From: Cystobasidiomycetes sp. EMM_F5
Taxonomy: Eukaryota
Reading direction: 5' to 3'
Assembly: GCA_051047955.1 (NCBI GenBank)
Contig: JBPGPT010000001.1
Coordinates: forward strand, 620,001-684,000
Length of the DNA stretch: 64,000 bases
Shown here: in pieces, positions 55,800 to 64,000 of the stretch
How positions within the stretch are numbered: position 1 is the stretch's first letter
Layout: each line of letters starts with the position of its first letter
Program-made: the position numbers and the translations under genes
The notes under the pieces: generated by a model
What the model was told of the DNA's origin: nothing
What the model saw: only the letters and a program-made list of their open reading frames with translations
Databases searched by the model: none

Positions 55800-58538
55800 T
55801 CAGGCAACGACCGGGATGTCGTCAGAACAGTGCGACGAGACGGCTTGCTTATGTGTCTCCTTGCCACCATCGGCCAGCGCAGGCAACTGGATCGTAAGGA
55901 CAGCGGGTGACGGCAACTCGTCATCGGCTGACGACAGGCCGTCTTTCGAATTTTCCGCCAGCATAAGTAGAGAGGAAGCAGAGTCGGAGAAGACCAATCC
56001 TTCGGAGTGAAGAGAGTAGGAATCGTCGTAGGCTAGCTCGGGAACTTGGACATCTTCGTTCGTATCGCTTGCGGAGTCAATGACGATTGCAGGGTAGACC
56101 GCGTCGGCAGATGAGGCGGCGCCGTCGAGGTCCATTTCTTGTTCCTCTTCATCGGCTTCCATGTCCTCCTCTTCTTCTTCTTCGACTTCAGACTCTTCGT
56201 CGACCACAGACTGCAACTCAGATTGCGCTCTACTACCGGCGTCAGAAGCATGTGTGGAAGCATGACCTGGCGTGCCGTTAGCATCCAAGGCAGCGGCAGT
56301 GAGCTTGTTGCCAGAGGCGCCCTTCTTCCTACCTCCTCGCGGCTTGCGATTGAGGCCATGACGAATTTTGATCTGGTAGCCAGTCTTCTTTCTCTCTCTG
56401 ACGAAATAATTGGAGACTTGTTCTGCGAAACGAATCAAAGTCAGTCCTAGGCACCACTAAAAAGCGGTACGTCGACACGACTTACTCTTTCCGAGACCAA
56501 GCTTGACTGCAAGCGCGTCGAGTACCGATGTAGGAGGGTGAGGGTTGGCGAGAAAAGCCAGGCGCAGCTCATCGCATGCAATTGTCGATTTGAGAGCTGC
56601 TTGTGCTTTACGCCTCTTCATCAAGACAATCTCTTCGACGTCGTATTCCGAGCTTGAACCATGCCCGCCCAGGTCATCGTCCGCACCAGAAAAGGCTGAT
56701 GAAGCCAAGCGAGTCATCGGTCCACTGCCCGGGATATTCGAAATCGATGCCGCATTGGCTGCAAAGTGCTTGATCTTTTCAAACTTGTCCTCGGGTCTAG
56801 TCGAGCCAAACAGGGACAGGGTGGATTGTTTGCCATCCTCGGATGCCTGCTCGCTTGCCGGCGCAGGGGGAGCTGGAGGTCGGGTAAACCACGTTCTAGC
56901 CCTCTTCCTCACAGGCTCAGCAGGGTATGTGGAATAGCCATAGCTAAAGCAATCTTGCTCTGGCATAGGAAACGGATTTCGGAGGAATTGCACAGTAGGC
57001 GATTCATACTTGGTCGATTGACGTCCAATATCATACGCTTGCAGTGTTTCTTCCTCATTGTTGGCATCCTGCGATGGAGACGAAACAGACGAGGACGAGG
57101 AAGCAGGGGAATAGTAGAGTTGCGGTGCGCCCAGAGCATCGTCTGAAGATATGCTTGCGTCTGCCCTGTGTCCTCCAGACGACGATTGGGGTAGATATAG
57201 GGGTGCCGAAAGCTGCGACGGCGACGATGAAAGTGGCACTGCCGCCGGACCAGCTCTTGCTCTCGCAGCAAAAAGCGACCGCGATGCTGCGAAATGGTCT
57301 ACGCCTGGCTGAGATGCATGCGAGCCGGCATACCGCGCACCGAGTCGCGAACGCACGATTCGGACTGGCGAAGATAGCGCTGCCAAAGACGACGACGCGT
57401 TATCATTACCCCTGGACGCGTCAAAGTGGTCCATGTCGGCGGCCGACCTGCGAGCGCGATGCAGCACAGGTCGCTGAGGAATGTTGGCAGGCTGTAGTTG
57501 TCCTTCTGCTCCAGTATTGGCGTGCTCGTCGTCAACTTCGACAATTGCTGGAGCTCTTGCAGCGCGTTTCGGACGCGCGATTGCTGCACTGTGAGACGCG
57601 CTCGTGCGCTGCAGCAATAAATTGGGAGGGAGCGAGCCTGAACCGTCCACAGAAGCATCGACACTGCGCTGCTGAAACTCCGACTCTCCACTGTCGAGAT
57701 AAACTCTGCTGTCCTTTGCGTTACTGCCTGTGCCTGATATTGTCGCGTGCCCGCTCAGCGATAATTCATTCGACGTGACTTGGCAGGCCGAGGCCTTTGC
57801 CGACGCAGACTTGCGATAGTCGTCGGGGTCGGACGATGCAGAAGAGGCGGCAGATCCAGACGCACCGACTGGAGTCTGCGTTCGCACGCGACGCGTAGGC
57901 AAGACGACGCCAGCCTTTCTACGCTCTCGCTCGAAGAAGTTGGACACCTGTGTGTTTGAAGAGCAAGTCAGTGTGCGCCCTGTAGAATTCCATGTTGCAG
58001 TGAGTTGCAAGACATGCCTGCTTCTTGTTCAGTCCCAGCTTATCTGCCAGAGCTCCCATGACCTTTCCGTCGGGATGAGAGTCCTGCAGAGCGGTAGAAG
58101 CAGCATGGTTGAGTTGTGAGTTTTTGAGATGGTGCAGAGTATATAGTTGCAATTGTTATTGTTGGGCAAGGAAAAGCGTGCCGTTTGGACCGTGCGTAGT
58201 TATAAGGTACCAAAAGCAAAGAAATTGAAGAGCGAGGCGGAAGATGGGAGAGTCGAGGGCAAAGAGAGCACACATGGTCAGCTTCTGCGTCGTCTGAGCG
58301 TGGGTCACCACTCGACTGCTCGTAGTCTACGCTATAAGCTTGCTTGCTTCCAGCCAACAGTGGCAAAGAAGGGGTCAATAGCCGTCTGCCGACGTGTATA
58401 CGACGACGAGGAATGGGATGTGCAGAGTGCAGTGCAGTGCAGTGCAGTACAGTGACGGGGATACTGCCTCACCTTTGCAAAGTATGCTTCCAACTCGATG
58501 CACGATACCGTCTTGCGGGAAGCCGGATCAAAGACCAT
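55800..58538 (-). CDS. Atypical double-homeodomain protein (about 738 aa), 4 exons
   Basis: Exons 58538-58473, 58083-58018, 57947-56486 and 56422-55800. HD-A is IELEAYFAKDSHPDGKVMGALADKLGLNKKQVSNFFERERRK. HD-B is DELRLAFLANPHPPTSVLDALAVKLGLGKKQVSNYFVRERKK. Acidic C-terminal tail. Confidence 0.8.
58426..58454 (+). repeat. (AGTGC)n pentanucleotide microsatellite in intron 1 of the double-homeodomain gene
   Basis: Four perfect AGTGC units followed by two degenerate units. Confidence 0.85.
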
Positions 58539-59762
58539 GGCTGTGGTGTTTGTTGACTGTCGTGAAGGCGATGACTGATGATGACTGCTTGAAAGAGATG
58601 TGAGACTGCAAGATGGGGTGCAGAGTTGAGACGAGAGATGAGACGGAGCAGTCAGCCTTTTAAAGCTCAAGCCTCGCGCTCTCCTCCTTGCACTCCTCCT
58701 CTAGCTTGACCCCTTTCACGGCACAGGGGCTGAGAGAGGGTCGGTGTGGAGCTCTTTTTGCTTTCAGACTGACTTGAGCGAGGAGTGACGAACGATGTGG
58801 ACGATGAAAGTATGTGCAGCAATGAGAGAAGGACAGGAATGACAAGAAGGAGCCAGGGTCGACTTTGAGCACCTACCCTCCGCCAGAAGCAACAGTGCTC
58901 TTTCAACAAAGGGTCGCCGTGGAGGAGCGATAAGAGCGGGCAGTGGCCTGAACGAGCCTGCTGCACAGAGTGTGTTCTGCTCTGCTGCACGTTGCTCGAA
59001 CGCTTCAGCCAGAGATGAGCAGTGGAAGCTGCACGGTAACCTTCCGACGACGAAGGCACCGAGTGCGCGAACCAAAGAAAGACGCAAGGGAGAAGGGGAC
59101 GCGAGTGGAGTGAGATGGAGAGTGGATACACCAACACTTACTCTTGTGCGACACCCTGCGCAGTGCAAGCTGGCGTAGCGTGCGTCTTGTCGTTGTCGAC
59201 TTGGACCTCGAAAGCCAGAAACGTCAACGCGAGTCGACTTTCTCGCAGAAAAAGGCAAGGCGCGCGTCCTTCCACTGCCTTCGCCCACCTGCAAATGAAA
59301 ACTCAAGAGGACGAGACGAAGAACGGTTCAACGGACTTGGTAGCATTAGCTTAGCTCGAGCTCGAACGGGGGTCGTGCGGCTGAGAGCAGTCGAGGCATT
59401 CGCTGCTCTGCAGTGTAGTCTAGTACTGTTTGTATGTGCAACTCGTAGTGTGCTCTGCTCTGCTTTGTCTGCTCGCTCTCTGTGTCATTCTCGCTCGGCT
59501 TTCTTTCTCAGGGTTGCGTTTGACGCCGCCTCGGCCAACGTTCTTCTAAGACACGACGCCAGCTGTTTGGGCAGAGCTTTGGGACTGGGCGAGCTTATAT
59601 ACGCGGAGAGTACTGAGTGTGTTATAAGTAATTCCTTCAAACCATAGACAAGCACTGTCAAACTAGCTACACGGTGCACAGCGGGAAAAGACGACGCATG
59701 CGCAAAAGAAACGACGACACTGAGTGAAAATGGCACACTGCAAGACTGGCAAAAGATGACGC

Positions 59763-60372
59763 TCATTCGTCGTGCGCCGCTTTGCCCTTGCCTCCTCCAG
59801 ATTTGCCCTTTCCTCCAGGTCGGACACCCTCTTCCGAAGTCTTTGCGGGTAGCAATTCTTGGTGAATGCTGCGGGAGAAGCGCGTTAGAACTAGTCGAAA
59901 GGTAATAGAAAGATGGACTGACTTTGGCAAGACACCACCTTGGGAGATGGTAACGTGTCCGAGGAGCTTGTTGAGTTCCTCGTCGTTTCGGATGGCGAGT
60001 TGCAAGTGACGGGGAATGATACGCGACTTCTTGTTGTCACGGGCGGCTGTAACCAGAATCAGCGACTGGTGGGAGAAAACCAGATTACGCAGCTCACCGT
60101 TACCAGCCAACTCGAGGATCTCGGCCGCGAGGTATTCGAGGACAGCGGCAAGGTAGACTGCACAAGATGCCATTGTCAGCCATACTCGATCTAAAACCCG
60201 ATAATGTGCACACACCTGGTGCACCGGCACCGATACGTTGAGCGTAGTTGCCCTTCCTCAACATACGATGGATACGACCGACTGGGAATTGGAGACCAGC
60301 CTTTGACGATCTCGACTGCTGGGCCTTGGACGCATCTCCTGCCGCTGCTGCTTTTCCACCTTTTCCAGACAT
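59763..60372 (-). CDS. HTA1: Histone H2A, 4 exons
   Basis: [44 protein letters not shown] and [13 protein letters not shown]. Confidence 0.98.
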
Positions 60373-60483
60373 GGTTGATATGTAGAGTTACGGTGAGGGT
60401 GTTGAAGTTGAGGGTATTTGAATGCTTGGAGCGGTGTAAAGCAGAGTATGCCGTTTGTATTTGTACTTGAGCCCAACGTTGGA

Positions 60484-60585
60484 TAACAGCACGCAATGCA
60501 CCCTGCCTGTACTCGAGAATAGGGGCTTAGCAGCACGTATGTTTGCAGCACGCCAGCCGATCGAGATTTTTGGGCTAACAGCACG
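60484..60585. promoter_or_regulatory. Four-copy TWRCAGCACG element in the divergent H2A/H2B promoter
   Basis: CAGCACG at 60487, 60531, 60546 and 60579, preceded by TAA, TAG, TTG and TAA respectively. Confidence 0.6.
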
Positions 60586-60719
60586 TAGGCTTAGGTGGAC
60601 GATCTGAGCGAGCAACGCACGTTTAAAGCGCAGGCCCCCGTGACCTTCTCCTCTGTCCACAACCAAGTGCCTCCACCAACCCTCTGACACTCATCCGTCA
60701 ATCACCTTAATCAAATACA

Positions 60720-61282
60720 ATGGCACCCAAACCAGCATCCAAGGCTCCCGCGTCCACCGGCGGAAAGGCACCGGCGACTGGAGGCAAAGCAGCCAGTGAG
60801 TAGATGGAATTGTACTGCTCTTCTCCAGCTCCTGACGCGACCACGCAGAATCAACAGGCGGCAAGGCAGGAAAGAAGGCCACCAAAAAGACCTCTGCGTC
60901 AACCGGTGGTGATGCCGACAAGAAGAAGCGCAAGAAGAAGCGTACCGAGACGTACTCTACCTACATTTACAAGGTCCTCAAGCAGGTGCACCCCGATACC
61001 GGTATCTCCAACAAGGCCATGTTGATTCTGAAGTGAGCCCAAACAGATTTATCCCCTCACCTATACATATGCTGACATGAACGTATCTGCAGCTCCTTTG
61101 TCAACGATATTTTCGAGCGTATCGCGTCCGAGGCCTCCAAGCTCGCGTCATACAACAAGAAGTCTACCATTTCATCGCGAGAAATTCAAACTGCCGTCCG
61201 CCTCATCCTCCCTGGCGAACTTGCCAAGCACGCCATCTCAGAGGGCACCAAGGGTGTTACAAAGTACTCTTCCACCAAGTAG
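60720..61282 (+). CDS. HTB1: Histone H2B, 3 exons
   Basis: [25 protein letters not shown] and [26 protein letters not shown]. Confidence 0.98.
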
Positions 61283-61645
61283 AACCTCTCGACCCTTTGT
61301 CAGCTATTTGATCGTGTTCGGCATTTCTGTCCACAGTCCCTTCATGTAGCCTATAGTTTTAGCAGTGCAAGGTCCTGTCTGTTTAGTATGCGGTGTGCTG
61401 TGAGATGACACACGCTGTATTAGCTAACCAATCTGCAATGTGCCTCATACGCTGCCCGGAGTTTCAGCTTGCCTGTCGTCAGATGGTCCGGGCGACTGTA
61501 TCTGACATTGTTTACGCCTGACACCCTTCGTTATACACAATGAAGCCATGCAAAGGGTGATGCACGTTTAGCCTAGACACCCTTCACGCGTTATCATACT
61601 CGGCTCCATACACGTTGAGCAGGCTTCTTTAGGCCAGCCTGATCC

Positions 61646-62770
61646 ATGAACAACGTCCCGGGTGGACTGGTGCCGAAGGCGAGCGACTCCAGCCAACACA
61701 AGCTGAAGAGGCGGTTATCTGATGGTGAGAACACTTTTACTCTCAAACACCAAGCATGTTACTGATGCATCGCCTGATTCTGCCGTCTGTTCTCTCGTCG
61801 CACTGATTGCATATGCTTTCGCGTAAACAGCGTCAACAGACTCGACAACTGCTCCATCGACGAAGAAGCCAAAGAAAGCAGCTGGGTTGTTACCGGACGG
61901 CAGCAAGCCTCTATCGTCGTCAACGTCCACAAAAGATAAAGATATCGCTGCAGCTCTTTTATCATCTTCCAAAGATGGCACAACGAAACAGCCAAACAAG
62001 GCTGCGCGGTTCAAGAGTGAGTATCAACTAAACAGATACCTGCCTGACCTTGCATTGTTACTCACCTGTTTGCCTTATTGTGTGTCATTGCCGCCGCAGC
62101 CGAAACACCCATAGATTACGACGTACAATGCGGTGTACTCAATGAAGATGATTTGCCATGCCGCAGGTCGTTGACATGCAAGACGCATGGCATGGGAGCA
62201 AAGCGAGCAGTCCAAGGGCGTTCAAAATCATTCGATACCGTTCTTGTCGAGTTTCAAAAGACGAAAGAAGCCAAAAAGGCCAAGCAGCGAGCAGAGAATG
62301 AACTTCGAGAGAAGCAACTTGCGGAATCTTCTGCCAATGGTACTAGCGCACCTGTTGCTGGTGGATCAAAATCGAAAGGAAGTGGTGGTGGTGGAAGCGG
62401 GACGAAATCTGCTGCTGGCGCAGTTGCTGGAGAGCCTTCTTCCGGCAAAAAGAAGAAGACGGGAGAGGGCAAGAGTAGCAAAAACAAGGCTGCTGCGCGT
62501 AACAAAGCAGATCTAATATTGGGCGAAGTCGACGATCCGCCTGTGGCGGCATTGGTCGACAGCTACTCTGCCAATAATATAGAAGAGGAGGCACCGGACA
62601 GCGAAGACGAGGTCGATCAACTGCTTCTTGCAGTCTTGCATACCCGGCCAGAACCTCTGGCTACTCATTCTTTCCCCTCGTATATCCGCAATACGTCAAA
62701 GGTTACAAGATATCGCGATACGTTTGAGACAGCCTTTACGGGACGGACACTATCCTCTGCAGCAAGCTGA
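61646..62770 (+). CDS. SGF73: SAGA subunit Sgf73/ataxin-7 (SCA7 domain); start uncertain
   Basis: PIDYDVQCGVLNEDDLPCRRSLTCKTHGMGAKRAVQGRSKSFD (SCA7 zinc finger) and a C-terminal DSEDEV...PEPLA segment. Confidence 0.88.
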
Positions 62771-62937
62771 CGCGTTGAATGGCAATGGGCACCAACATTG
62801 TATTTTAAGATTTCCATCAGTACTTGTAGCCTGTCTACTTTGTATTATGCAAATATTGCCATGCGGTAGTATATGATGATATCCGAGACAGCCTGATACT
62901 TCACGCATCCTCCTTCTCGTAGAGGTCACCACGGTCG

Positions 62938-63847
62938 TCAAGCTCTAGTATACTTTCGAACTTCGCTTCCACCTGTTCCCAGACCTCGTCTTTCGGCCAT
63001 TCAGCAGTAATCTGAATCACTCAACTCAGTATTCCGCGAATTGCTTTGATTTGCTCAGACCGACCTCGATGATATTGCCCTCCAATCTGTATCGCTTGAC
63101 AATGGCTTCAGAGTCTTTCGTAAACTTGGCCCAGGCAGCTTTTGCTGTTTCTCGCGCATCTCCTTCTTTCACCCTCGCTAAGGCTTTGTCTTGGTCGAGG
63201 TCAAGGAAGATCACAAGGAGGACCCGAACGACCTGAATCCAAAGATGATTAAAACGAAGTGGGTATGATAATCTCGCAACAAACCCACCTCCTTTTCGAA
63301 GGCTTGTGATTCTGAGAGTGTTACGGGAAAGCCTTCGACGATGAGACGTGGCTTTTGCTGTCCAGTGTTGCTTGATATACGATCTTGCAGCTGTTGTTTT
63401 AGATTGTCCGCACCTGAACGATAGTTCATCATGAGCTTGTCATTGGTAAGACCGAACGACTTACTCTGAAGATGCTCCAGCCCGAAGCGCTCGACAATAT
63501 TTCGTATTTGCGTACTCTTCCCAGATGCTGGTCCACCTTTTACGACCGGTCAGTTTTGACCCGGGATTCTAGAAATTTGATTTGTAAATACCTATCACGC
63601 AAACGAGGCCAACTTCGTTCTTGGTGAATGCTGGATTTGCTCCCTTTGATGAAGGTGAGTCTGCTCGAAGCGGAGTCGCAAAGTATAGGCCTGTTGCGGC
63701 TAACAGCAAGCCAATCGCACCGAAAGTGAGGGGTCTTCGCCTTTGCTTCAACGAAGCAGAGAATATGCTGGTACTAGAAGAATAATATCGTGACGATTGG
63801 AATGCCGAGCGGGGCAATATACGATGGGGATGTAAGCGTGATGTCAT
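62938..63847 (-). CDS. Adenylate/UMP-CMP kinase-like protein with presequence and TM; degenerate (an alternative start is possible up to 63928)
   Basis: Arg/Ser-rich presequence, TM LTFGAIGLLLAATGLYF, P-loop VIGGPASGKST, LIVEGFP, VIFLD and ITAEWPKDEVW. Confidence 0.75.
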
Positions 63848-64000
63848 GGAAGAGGGAGTTGTGTAGACGCGACACATATGCGATGGGGAACATGAAAGTT
63901 TTCGAAACATGATATTGGAAGCTACCATCTTGCTTTGATTTGCAGAAGCGGTGGATAGAGGCAACAAGCTTGACGCGATTTAGAAAGTCGTGATCACTTC

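Noticed and set aside
53957..59763. Canonical mating-type HD1/HD2 locus or pheromone precursor
   Set aside because: The genes are tandem rather than divergent, have no TALE insertion or WFxNxR, and I found no convincing short CaaX-ending ORF or STE3 receptor nearby.
58667..59766. ORFs of 150-180 aa upstream of the double-homeodomain gene
   Set aside because: They overlap in several frames, mostly start at non-ATG codons and have no protein-like motifs. The region is more likely promoter/UTR.

Overview
This is compact, intron-rich fungal genomic DNA, most likely a basidiomycete yeast (Pucciniomycotina-like; inferred from gene style and short GT-AG introns with CTRAC branch points). About 28 protein-coding loci are packed with short spacers. 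Recognisable genes are a DUF421/YetF membrane protein, a BOR1-type anion transporter, a PAQR/IZH protein, TRAPPC11, HRD3/SEL1L, a spartin-like protein, a DUF4336 protein, TOP1, NDUFB3, an AhpD-like protein, MGS1, a POP8-like protein, an aldo-keto reductase, trifunctional TRP1(trpC), KAP104, an L-type lectin, DBF4, the H2A/H2B pair, SGF73 and an NMP-kinase-like gene. The most striking element is a tandem, same-strand pair of atypical homeobox genes at about 54-58.5 kb. One encodes two homeodomains and the other one, and all three lack W48 and N51 and share an N-terminal Cys motif. Other notable observations are a 3-nt microexon in TRP1, three matching hairpins in a palindrome-rich convergent intergenic region, a 4-copy CAGCACG element in the histone promoter, several GC-AG introns, an F-box pseudogene, an NMP kinase lacking its NMP-binding and LID parts, and an H2A without the SQ motif. 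No tRNA, rRNA, CRISPR or clear transposon was seen. Exon boundaries were derived by eye and family calls come from motif recognition, not database searches.
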